From the IMG/VR virus record IMGVR_UViG_3300012663_001306, positions 1 through 64,000 of that record: DNA of 64,000 nucleotides. One strand, given 5' to 3'. Under the pieces are notes generated by a model. It was not told the origin of the DNA and did no database searches. It saw only the letters and a list, made by a program, of their open reading frames with translations. Origin of the DNA: a virus. A program made the translations under genes and the position numbers. Positions 47,001-58,400 of this stretch are shown in pieces. Position 1 is the stretch's first letter. Each line of letters begins with the position of its first letter.

Positions 47001-49498
47001 CTTAATACATTGGCAGTTGTAATTTCAAGTCCGAACTCGCCGCCGGCGTTCCAATTTTGTACAATTCCCCTAAGTGTGCCACTAGTGCTGGGATTAATCC
47101 ATGCCTCGATGGTAAAATCTTGATCAGTAAATGGAATTTGAACTGTACTAGACAGGTACCCAGCACCGCCAAATTGTACAGCAAATAAAGAGCCTAAACT
47201 AAACGCAGTCACTCCTGATCCAGCAATCGTTAACGTTTGTCCACTGCTTTCTGAGGTTGCTGATGCAGAACTACATGCTAAAAATACATATGCTGGAGAA
47301 TATGCTGAAATTCCCGTTGCTACGTTAACTATAAAATTTTCAGGACCCTCAGTTAGTAAATCCTCGGCGCTAGTTATTGAAAAACTACCTACACCACTAA
47401 CCATGGTAAAACTTCCAACCATTTGAGTAAAATCAGTTGAAGTAACTGGACTAACTCCCACTGTAGTATCGATAGCCCAGTACAATTTTTTTCCAGTTGG
47501 AAAATTCTCTGTGTTTACAGTGAATGTTACACTGTCGGCTTCGTTCATAACCGTTTTACTGGCAATCAACGGATATACAATTGGAGTCCTACTAGAATCA
47601 AAAACAGTAATCGACGGGGAGGCTGCTACTGGATTTAATCTCGTTATATCGGTATATAGTATTACTGTAAATATTACATTGCCCTGTGTAAAACTGTCTA
47701 ATCCAAATACATTAAGTGTTGCGGTATTAAATGATGCAGTATTAGAGTTAATTGTTATACTACCTGTAGTTGTTCCAGTTATTGGGCCAACTTGAGGGAT
47801 CAATGCATAATACAAAACAGTACCATCTGCAACGTTAGTAGTGGTCACAGTAACATCCACGGTAGAACCTTCAGGAATTGCAGTAGAAGCGGGCGATATT
47901 GAATAAGTAGGATTAGTATCTGAACCTACATCATAGTCTGAAAACAATCGAGTATCTCCGGGCCACACTATTCTTACGGCTCCTGGCCCGCCAATAGCAC
48001 CGAAATAACTGCTACCACCCCCGCCTCCACCAAATTTTATATCCGATGAGGCTAAGACTGCACCAACCGCGGAACCTGCGGGCAATAATTGATATGCACG
48101 GTTTGGTGCAACTGACGGGAACGCTTCTACAAGGGCACTTGCAGTACAAATGCCTGAAAATCCAGCGCCGTTCCTAGCATTCACACCAATTTGTATGTCT
48201 ATTCTAGATGGCTGGTTTTCATAAAACCACGCTTCCCAAACCATGTTGGGAGATCCCAGCGTACCCGAAGTCCCTGCCGTACCTTCATAACGTACTCTAT
48301 ACACTCTATTAGGTGTGGTCCCACTCTGAACTCCAGCATACACTCGTTGATAAGAATTGTCAGCGGAGTCAATCATTATTTTAGGAATACCGGGAGCCGC
48401 TGCGTTCAGTGGTTGAAATTGTCCAGATCCCGAGCCAAAGGTTAGATAACTATTTGATCCTACAAATACAGAGGTATATGACAAACCAGCATAAAGTACA
48501 CTCCACGGTAAATTAATTTGGACAAAAGTATCATCAGCTGACGCATTTACAACCAGCGTTAAACTAGTAACAGCAGGAAGATTAAGAGCTATGCTAGTTA
48601 TCTGAGTGGTGGCAACAAACTCGGCAAACGGAATACTTCCAGAATAGCCATCGAATGTTGCGGCAAGGGCGGTGCTGGCGGCACCATCGACACCTCGTCC
48701 GAAAAGGCCTACCCCACCACCTTTAGAGGCGCTTTGATTTATTAACACAACTGTAGGATAGTTTGGGCCGCCCCCTCCACCACCGGAGGCAACTCCAGCG
48801 GCTGAACCAGCGCCACCTGAAGGATTTGATGCAGTCCCAATCGCACTTGCATTAATAGATCCATTACCACCAGGACCATTATATCCACCAGCACCACCTC
48901 CTCCTGCGCCAGACATTATGTAATTAGTTGTCCCAGGATGTATGGCATTTGCGCCACCGGCACCACCGGCACCACCGCCAATTCCTACAATTATTTGTCC
49001 ACCACTTCCTGTAGAAACTGAGCTTGGCGGGCCAGGAGTATATCCTGTAATACTATTGGCTAATCCACCTTTTCCGCCTCGGCCTCCACCGGCACTAACA
49101 ATAACCTCAGTTGAAGTAGTTCGATATATATACGAATCTCCTCCGTTGCCGCCATTATTGGGATTATTAACGGGCCATGTTGAAGAATTACTTATAGCAC
49201 CGCTTGTTCCGCCGGCGCCGACTACCACTGTAAGTGATTCTCCTGGATATACAGGAATATTATTGTTATAGGCAAGGGCGCCACCCCCACCTCCACCTCC
49301 ACCGATCACCCCAGTCGAAACATTGATGTATACGGCGGCGCTGCCGCCACCGCCACCACCGCCAACGGCAACTACAGAAATAGAATTCACTCCAGCAGGC
49401 ACCGTAAAAGTGGTAGTAAATGGTGTACTAAAACTTGTGGTGTATTGAACACTACCCCTTGCTTTTTTATTATATCTTGGTATTAAAAACCCGCTCAT
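44021..49498 (-). CDS. Large adhesin-like virion protein: three glycine-rich domains, LamG/ConA-like domain, C-terminal beta-propeller-like domain
   Basis: Three P.GV..V..V.VG.GG domains; FTIEAWI...HVAVVR..LYVNG; WKPDGT/FNPTGT/FSNEG blades. Confidence 0.75.
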   Translation of the reverse strand: MSGFLIPRYNKKARGSVQYTTSFSTPFTTTFTVPAGVNSISVVAVGGGGGGGSAAVYINVSTGVIGGGGGGGGALAYNNNIPVYPGESLTVVVGAGGTSGAISNSSTWPVNNPNNGGNGGDSYIYRTTSTEVIVSAGGGRGGKGGLANSITGYTPGPPSSVSTGSGGQIIVGIGGGAGGAGGANAIHPGTTNYIMSGAGGGGAGGYNGPGGNGSINASAIGTASNPSGGAGSAAGVASGGGGGGPNYPTVVLINQSASKGGGVGLFGRGVDGAASTALAATFDGYSGSIPFAEFVATTQITSIALNLPAVTSLTLVVNASADDTFVQINLPWSVLYAGLSYTSVFVGSNSYLTFGSGSGQFQPLNAAAPGIPKIMIDSADNSYQRVYAGVQSGTTPNRVYRVRYEGTAGTSGTLGSPNMVWEAWFYENQPSRIDIQIGVNARNGAGFSGICTASALVEAFPSVAPNRAYQLLPAGSAVGAVLASSDIKFGGGGGGSSYFGAIGGPGAVRIVWPGDTRLFSDYDVGSDTNPTYSISPASTAIPEGSTVDVTVTTTNVADGTVLYYALIPQVGPITGTTTGSITINSNTASFNTATLNVFGLDSFTQGNVIFTVILYTDITRLNPVAASPSITVFDSSRTPIVYPLIASKTVMNEADSVTFTVNTENFPTGKKLYWAIDTTVGVSPVTSTDFTQMVGSFTMVSGVGSFSITSAEDLLTEGPENFIVNVATGISAYSPAYVFLACSSASATSESSGQTLTIAGSGVTAFSLGSLFAVQFGGAGYLSSTVQIPFTDQDFTIEAWINPSTSGTLRGIVQNWNAGGEFGLEITTANVLRFFYTNAASGISTISVIGTTPISLNVYTHVAVVRNGGDLRLYVNGVADIISGTRNSVYNIGNDILYYYNGATKNLIIGIGADFVGYFTGVITQLRIVNGKAMYTGTSFSLPTTVTGQQAYTTPGTYIWVAPAGVTSVSAVCVGAGGGGFRDGGGGGGGALAWANNIAVVPGQSYTVVVGAGGTAGPTATAGGNSYFMETNVIRANGGSAGVNTSGVLGGAGGGYFISGVFVSQGGGYGGAGGAFNVSATTFLGGAGQTGAGGGGGGAGGYAGAGGNGGAADFGPGGLGAGGGGGGGGTTNQVYGNGNGQPSGGAGGGVGIFGQGANGNGGVGVSSYASAGGGGGGGSGGNAGGNGTANLTGGNVGGMGGSYGGGGGGSTGSGNSGGYTRGDANNVGFGGAVRIMWGPGRAYPATLTVDQPFFSALSYSISTDRTVTSSPVMTLVDTSVSLGKRDISSMSLYTTWTPISGGGIQGQVAFTTTGTYLWTAPAGVGNVHVVAVGAGGIQDSSPSAPTGAGGGGLGWKNNIPVIPGQSYTVVVGRGSIGFVGIGDGDSYFISRDIVKGGGGSGLFLSGTIGNGGSYTGDGGGNGGRGGISSGAPSAGGGGNGGAGGYNGNGGLGGTDRGTPGTGSGGGGGGGGAGGVGYVGWNGGGVGIFGQGANGLPGVYGNPGVGASGGAGSGGAGVLYGAGFPVTASSIKPQGAVRIIWGAGRAFPSTLTTDQSNTSFTYFSPYYLNPSANPRITGVAWKPDGTIVYISMITQRVFSSVYSFPVTTAWNIATAIAPTGSRIDWTTSLHTGLMFNPTGTAVYFLGNQGASKTVQQFPLTTAWNISSMGTGVNVSADYVPNTASLDGMCFGNNGTYIYVTSTANNLGYLGRATMPTPYSISSISGVNVWAPYINLPQATNPTGITFSNEGLYMYITDGTTDRIYVYLLSIAWDHTSAAYTGVSYDLRRLGDNVTSMVSSGYLRPGGNDFYVVDGYNSKIAQFKLSN

Positions 49499-52400
49499 AT
49501 TCTTTGATAGTATATAGTAACTTTTAGACCTTTGGCTATTGTACCGCCTGCGGTAATATCTAAAGTTATTTCGTCGTCATCGTTTAATACAGTAGTTATC
49601 AAGGAAGTTGGGACTGCAGAAGTTCTAGAAGTTCTAGAACCGGTATCAACTTGTAATTTATTACCACCCAATATACTGGCGCCATTTGATTTAACATCAA
49701 CTATTGTCGGACTACTTCCTTGAACACTTAAAGATGCCCTCGGAATTTGATATAAATTCATTTGGAACGGTACTCTAAATGTAACTATTGCGGCACCAGT
49801 AGCTATAAATGATACTTCATCAGTTAACGCTATCGACATAAAATCAGTTGAGTTTCTGCCTATGCTACCTGTAAAACCTACTGCAACTGCGGCACCCGAA
49901 CTACCTGTAAAGCCCAATGAAACTGCGGCGCTTGCACTACCTGTATAACCTATAGCACCAATATAGCCGCCGCCGGCTGCTACTTCAACCCACTGGAATG
50001 TATCACCGTCATATGTGTAAATGAATTCTAATCCAACTGTAGTATCAAACCAACGATCGCCAATTCTAGTTGTAACGCTACCTGCACTACCAACGAATGA
50101 TGTAGGAGGATTGTCATCGTATACAAAACTACTCTCACCCCTTGATCCAGCGTATCCAAACGATCCAGTAAATCCAAAACTACCAGAATATCCAAAACTA
50201 CCTACAAATCCTCTATCACCAGTTCTTATAAAGGTGATTGCCAACATATCGTTGTTGGTAAACATTGCACCAGATAGATATGTAACTGTAAATTGGTAGT
50301 TATTTGAACCAATAGTAAGAGCGGTAACATTGAATATTGTAACGTTGGCTACATTATTCAAATTATTCCTAATAATTAATTGGCCTTTTATAGGTGTTGT
50401 ACTATCGGCCCAGGTTGATATGTAACCTCCTAAATTAACACTGTTAATATCTAAGATGTTGAAATAAACTCCAGTAACAGATGCTATTGTAGTAACATTA
50501 TTAAATCTTACATTACCGTTACCAGTTGTTTGAGGAGTTGTTGCGGTATTATCAAAGTAATATTTAATACCGCCCTTGTCTCCTTGACTACCGTTGTAGC
50601 CAAAGCTACCAGTGAATCCAAAGCTACCAGTGAATCCTGAACTTCCTGTATATCCTCTTTCGCCGGATCTGACTAAGAACACTCCTAATAATTCAGTATT
50701 AGCAATACCAAAATAGAACTGAGGAGTAATTGTTAATGCAAAGGAGTTTGTACCCGATGCCGCAACCGCTGTAACATCAGCTAGATACAAATTAGGTGAA
50801 TTTGTAGCAACATTAGACCTAACGACCAACTGTGCCTTAATAGGATTAACAATTGTAGTAAACGAATTAAACCATGCTTGTAAATCTGCACCATTGGTAT
50901 CATATCTATTGATAAACACAGTGGTAGCACTCATAGGAGTGGCATTGTTTAATCTTAAAGTTCCGTTAGGGTTACCGCTGACCTGTGCAATTAATGCACT
51001 AGTATCCCATGTGTATATTAATCCACTTTGTGAGTTACTACCAGTATAACCAAAGCTACCAGTATAACCAAACGATCCAACAAAACCTCTACTGCCGCCG
51101 TAACCTAAGTCACCTGCTCTAACATAATTTAATGCTAGCTGGTCATTGTTTCCCGGAATTGTGCCACTACCATTGGCAATATTAATTGTGTAATAAGATG
51201 TGTTATTAACAACACTAGATACGTTGTAGATTAAGAACGGACTGGATCCTGCTAGATTCTGGTTGAATATTAACTGTCCCTTAACAGTAGGATTACTACT
51301 ATCTGCCCATTGGCTAATATATGTTGCTAGGTTAACTGAATTTACATCAGTGACATTAATAAAAGCCTGCGTAGCAGAAGCGGCAACTGCATTGTTTAAT
51401 CGAATACTACCGGCATTGCCCACACCCGCTGTTAACGTATTATCAAAATAGTATCGTAATCCTGCAGATTCTCCCTGACTACCAGTAAAACTCTGAGAGC
51501 CTGTAAAACCAAATGATCCAACAAATCCTCTACTGCCCACATATCCAAAGTCACCAACTGGTACATACTCTAGTGCAAATACATCTCCGCCAAGTACACC
51601 CGCAAGTGTTCCAGAGAAACTGCTTACATTTAATGTATAGTAAGTGCCGTTGTTTACAATGGTGCTAATACCCCAAATACTAAGATAAGTTATAGTTGGA
51701 ATAATATTTTTAATGTACAGCTGGCCTTTGGTACCTGGGTTTTTACTATCAGCCCAACGTGCTATATAACCAGATAGATCGTTTCCGCCTATGTCTTTAA
51801 CATTAATATATATCTGTGTAAATGCAGGATTAAATCTTAAACTACCGTCAGTAGTTACGCCCGGAGACTGAGAACTATCATCGTAGTAGAATGCAAGGCC
51901 AAGTCTCTCACCCTGACTGCCGGTGTAACCAAATGATCCTGCATATCCCTCGCTACCAATATATCCGCGGCTACCGTTGTAACCGAATGACCCAGTGTAA
52001 CCAAAACTACCTGTGTAACCAAATGATCCTGCATATCCTTCACTACCAGTAAACCCTCGACTACCAGTGTACCCAAATGATCCAGTGTAACCAAAACTAC
52101 CAGTGTAACCAAATGATCCAGTATAACCAAATGAGCCACTATAACCAAAGCTACCAGTGTAACCAAAGCTACCAGTGTAACCAAATGATCCTGCATATCC
52201 TTCACTACCAGTAAATCCTCGACTACCAGTGTACCCAAATGAGCCAGTGTAACCAAATGAGCCAGTGTAACCAAATGATCCTACAAATCCTTTTTCACCA
52301 GTGTAGACAAATTCTACAGCCAACGGTTCATTGGCTGTTGAGAATGATCCGCTTACATATGTTGCCGACAAGGTATAATATGTAGAATTATTTGTAACTC

Positions 52401-55400
52401 CAGTAATGTTCCATAAAGAAGAAGCAGATACTGAAGGCGATGTTGCTTTAACGATCAACTGTCCTTTTATAGTAGCAGTAGGATTATTAGTTCCCCATTG
52501 TCCTATGTATGTACTAAATGAAACACCGTTAGTATCGTTTATATTAATGAATACTTGGGTAACAGATCCAATAACAACATTATTAAATCTTAAGCTACCG
52601 TTTGTTCCTACGCCGGCAACTTGAGAACTTAGATCGTTATAATAACGTAGGCCGCCACGATCACCTATACTACCAGTGTAGCCAAATGATCCGCTGTAAC
52701 CAAATGATCCAGTGTAGCCAAATGATCCGCTGTAACCAAATGATCCGCTGTAGCCAGCACTACCAGCATATCCCTGGTCTCCAGTTCTAACAAATTCTAC
52801 AGCAAGTTTATCATCTGCAAGGGGAATATATCCAGATACAAAAGATACAGAAATTTGTGTATAACCTGATGCAACTACCACGCCGGTAACATTAAAAATT
52901 GTCATCACAGGTTGAGCCATTAAATAATGTTTAATAATTACTTGACCCTTAGTGCCCGGGGATGTGCTTGCGGCCCACTGTGCTAGATAGGACCCAACAT
53001 CCACTCCATTTATATCAAAGTTAGAAAAATACAATGCTCCTACTGATACAACATCAGTATCACTGTATCTTAGGCCACCATTTGCAGTAACTCCTGGAGT
53101 TGTAGTAGCATCCAGGTAGTAACGAAGACCACTAGGATAACCATGACTACCGGTGTAACCAAAGCTACCGGCGTAACCAAAGCTACCGTTAAATCCAGCA
53201 CCTCTACTTCCTACAAAACCAAGTCCGCCTAGATCTCCAGTTCGTTTAGCTTCGATAACTAATTGTGCATTATTAGCTGGCGCGGCACCGGATAGATATG
53301 TTACGGTTAGAGTATAATATGTACCTAAGTTGGCTGCGCCAACAATTGTAAATGCCGATGTTGCGCTAACGTTATTAACGTTTGATTTTATTAATAACGT
53401 ACCTTTATTTGGACTGTTACTTCCGCTCCAGGTTGCAATATAATTTGAGAAATTAATTGAATTCGTATCAACAACGTTAACATAAATTTGTGTTACACTA
53501 CTAGTAACAGCGTTATTGAATCTAATACTTCCTGGACTGCCGACTCCAGCTGTAAGTGTGTTATCAAAGTAGTAGCGTAACCCGCCACGATCACCTTGAC
53601 TACCCACAAAGCTCGTACTACCAGTAAATCCTGCCCCGCGGCTACCAGTGTACGCTTGACTACCTGTAAATCCTAAAGCGCCTCTACTACCGGTATAACT
53701 TTGAGATCCAGTAAATCCTGAGCCCTGGCTACCGGTGTACGCTTGACTACCAGTATAACCTTCTGATCCTGTATAACTTTGAGATCCAGTGTAACCAACG
53801 CCCTGGCTTCCTGTGTAACCTTCACTACCAACGTAACCTTCACTACCAACGTAACCTTCACTGCCACTATAACCTAAATCGCCTGGCGGGCCTTGCGGTC
53901 CAAGTTCTCCAGCATCGCCCTGGGGTCCTTGAAGTCCTTCTGGCCCTATTTCACCTTGACTACCAGTGTAACCAAATGATCCGGCATAGCCTTCACTACC
54001 AGCATATCCTCTACTACCGGTCCACCCTGTGATACCGCGTGGACCTTGTCCACCTTTTATAGAATCAACAATAGCAATATAATCTATGTTTGTTTGATAC
54101 CCTGCAAAACCGACATTTTCATGATACAATCTTAATTGTACAGTTCCTGCATCAATATAAGGAGTTGACGAAATAACTGATAATTGAAATTGATAGTATC
54201 CTGTAAGACCGTTATAAGATCCAATTGAATCCCACGAAGATGTTGTGTAGTTGTATAGTTGCACATAAATTACATGACCCGATGCCGTTGTGTATTGTAC
54301 ATTCAAATCTACTAGATTAAATCTAATTACGCCTGTGTAAGTTACATTGAATATCCACGCTGGCCCAGACGGGGCAGTACCAGGATTAATAGTGGTATTA
54401 CCGTCTGTAAATACAAACTGGTTACCGTCATTAAATCCTTGAATATCTTCTACGGATCCAGATACAAAAACTCCGTCAACTAAGTTTGCAGTTGCGGCAT
54501 TATAGATAACTGCTTGCGGTGTTTCACCTTTACTACCAGTGTAACCAAAGCTGCCTGTGTAACTTTGTGATCCAGTGTAACCAAAGCTGCCAGTGTACCC
54601 AACGCTACCAGCATAACTTTGTGATCCAGTGTAACCAATGCTACCAGTGTACCCTTCACTACCTACAAATCCTTCACTACCGACATATCCTTCACTACCC
54701 GAATATCCCTGACTACCTGTATATCCAAGAGATCCAACATAGCCTTCACTGCCGGTATAACTTTGTGATCCGGTAAAGCCTCGACTACCTGCATAACCTT
54801 GACTACCGGTAAAGCCTCGACTACCTGCATAACCTTGACTACCTATAAAGCCGTCGCTACCTGAATATCCTTGACTACCTGTATAACCAAATGATCCTGT
54901 ATAACCATCGCTACCAGTAAATCCAATCGAGCCGGTGTAGCCTTCACTACCTGTATAACTTTGCGATCCTGTGTAGCCAAAGCTACCAAAATATCCTATA
55001 TTTCCTTGCGGGCCTTGAATGTTACCTGCATCAACCCATAGACTTCCGGTCCATACCCATAGACGTCCATCGTCTGTTATGTAACTATCCCCTCTGGCTC
55101 CTGTGTAAGTGTCAGGGTACCCTGGCAATAGCAAGTAAGTAGCAACGTTGCCTAAAATAGTAACAGATGTTCCGTCTGCACCCCTTGGGCCTTGACTACC
55201 TGCAAATCCATGAGATCCCGTGTAGCCTTCTGATCCAGTGTAACTTTGTGAGCCAGTGTAACCAAATGAACCAGTATAACCAAAGCTACCGGCATAACCA
55301 AATGAACCTGTGTATCCAGAGCTACCGGCATAACCAAATGAACCTGTATAGCCTTCGCTACCACTATAGCCTTCGCTACCACTATAGCCAAATGATCCAG

Positions 55401-58400
55401 TGTAGCCAAATGATCCAGTATAACCAAATGATCCAGTATAACCAATGCTACCAGTATATCCAAAGCTACCGACGTACCCTCGACTGCCGCTGTAACCAAA
55501 TGAGCCACTATAACCAAATGAACCACTATAACCAAATGAACCTGTGTATCCAGAGCTACCTACATATCCGTCACTACCAGTATAACCAAAGCTACCAGCA
55601 TATCCCTCACTGCCGATGTATCCTCTGCTACCTTGATAGCCTCTGCTACCATTATAACCAAAGCTACCAGTGTAACCATCACTACCAGTGTAGCCAAAAC
55701 TACCAGCATATCCTTCACTGCCACTATAGCCTCGGCTACCTGTGTAACCGAAACTACCTACGTATCCTTCACTACCAATGTACCCTCGGCTACCATTGTA
55801 TCCAAACGATCCACTAAAACCAAACGAACCTGTAAATCCTCTAGATCCAGCATATGCTCGACTGCCAACAAATCCGGCACTACCTGTATATGCTTGACTT
55901 CCGGAGTAGCCAATATCTCCTTGACTGCCGGTGTATCCCATGCTACCACTGAATCCAAAGCCACCATCAACACCTTGGCTACCTACATATCCAATCTCAC
56001 CAATAATTCCGTCAACACCTCTACTGCCAGTGTAGCCTAGGTCACCTTGACTACCAATGTATCCGTCGTTACCTGCAATACCTTGTATACCTTGAGGACC
56101 TTGTTCTCCTAGAGAACCTGTGTATCCCCAACTTCCAGTCCATCCCATTGCGGCAAACGCACCATCACGGCCTTGACTTCCTGAAAATCCTAAAGGACCT
56201 TGACTACCCGCAAATCCTAACTCTCCTCTAGAGCCTGCATATCCTTCGCTTCCGCGGAAACCTATACTACCTATAAATCCTCGACTACCCGTCCAACCAA
56301 TGCTGCCTGTAAAGCCTCTGCTTCCAGTGTAGCCAAAGCTGCCTACAAATCCTGCTCCTGAGCTACCCGAGAATCCTATAAAACCTTGGCTACCTGTATA
56401 ACCTAGTGACCCCGAGTAACCAAAAGATCCAGTATAGCTTTGAGATCCAGTAAAGCCAGCACCTTGACTGCCGGTGTATCCAGTACTACCAGTAAATGCC
56501 TGACTACCGGTGTATCCAGTACTACCAATAAAGCCATCGCTACCTGAATAGCCTTGGCTTCCTGAATATCCTTGACTACTAGTAAATCCTACGCTGCCGA
56601 CAAATCCACGACTTCCAACAAATCCAGCACTACCTGTAAATCCTGAATTACCAGCAGGTCCAATACTACCTGTATAACCAAATGAACCTGTATAACTTTG
56701 AGAACCTGTAAATCCGCTTCCCTGACTACCGGCGTAACCTAAAGACCCTGCAAAGCCAACACTACCAGTAAAACTTTGCGATCCAGTAAATCCAACACTA
56801 CCTTGATATCCTAAAGAACCAGTATATCCAAGTGATCCAGAATAACCAATACTACCAGTGAAACTCTGCGATCCGGAGAATCCTGTAGTACCCTGACTAC
56901 CAATCCAGCCTAAACTACCTACAAATCCACGACTACCAGCAAAGCCAGAACTTCCAGTAAATCCTATTGAACCAGTAAATCCTATTGAACCAGTAAATCC
57001 AAGTTCACCTTGACTACCTGTAAAACTTTGACTGCCTGTAAAGCCACTTCCCTGACTACCAGTATAACCAAAACTACCAAAGAAGCCTCGACTACCTAAG
57101 AAGCCTCGACTACCAATCCAACCAACATCGCCTACACTACCTTGATAACCTATGCTACCAGTCCAACCAAGTTCACCTTGACTACCTGTAAAACTTTGAC
57201 TACCTGTAAAACCTATACTTCCAACAAATCCAGAACTACCGAAGAAGCCTCGACTTCCTAAATATCCTCGGCTACCGGTCCATCCAGTATCGCTTTGACT
57301 ACCTGTATATCCAAACCCTGGGATACCTTGACTACCTGCAAATCCCTGACTTCCGCCAAACCCTATTGCGGCGAATGCTCCTGAACTACCTGTATAACCA
57401 AATGATCCGGTATATCCAAAACTACCCGCATAGCCAGATGATCCAGTAAAGCTCTGTGAACCAGTGTAGCCTCTGCTACCGTTATAACCTAAGCTACCAG
57501 TATAACCAAATGACCCTACATAGCCAGATGAACCAGTGAAGCTTTGCGAGCCAGTATACCCTAGGCTTCCTGTGTAACCAAAGCTACCTGTGTAACCAAG
57601 GCTACCTACATATCCTTCACTGCCTGTGTAACCTCTACTACCATTATATCCAAAACTACCCGTGTAGCCGAAGCTACCGGTGTATCCTTGGCTTCCGCCA
57701 AATCCTATTGCGGCAAAGGCTCCTGAACTACCAGTAAATCCAAATGATCCAGCATATCCTTCGCTGCCTGTAAAGCCTATACTGCCTGTAAAGCCTCTGC
57801 TACCTAAATATCCAATACTACCTGTGTATCCAAAGCTGCCAGTAAATCCAAACGATCCTGTAAAACTCTGCGATCCTGTAAATCCTTGACTTCCACTAAA
57901 CCCTCTGCTACCTGCAAAACCAAATGATCCAGCATAGCCAACACTACCATCAAATCCTTTGCCGGCAAAAGCACCGGAACTACCAGTAAATCCAAATGAT
58001 CCAGTGTATCCAAATGATCCAGCATAACCTAGCGATCCAACGTAACCTAGCGATCCGGTATAACTTTGCGATCCGGTATATCCTCTACTACCAATGAACC
58101 CTAAACTTCCAGTAAATCCTAGAGAACCTGTGTAACTTTGTGATCCTGTGTATCCAATGCTGCCAGTAAAACCTCTGCTACCCGCAAAGCCAAATGATCC
58201 TGTAAAGCCAAATGATCCTGTAAAGCTCTGTGATCCAGTGAATCCCAAACTACCAGTAAAGCCCCTGCTACCTGCAAAACCAAATGATCCGGCATATCCA
58301 AAACTACCAGTAAAACTCTGCGAACCGGTAAATCCAACGCTACCATTAAATCCAACACTTCCGGCAAAGCCAGCACTACCAGCAAATCCCAATGCGGCAT

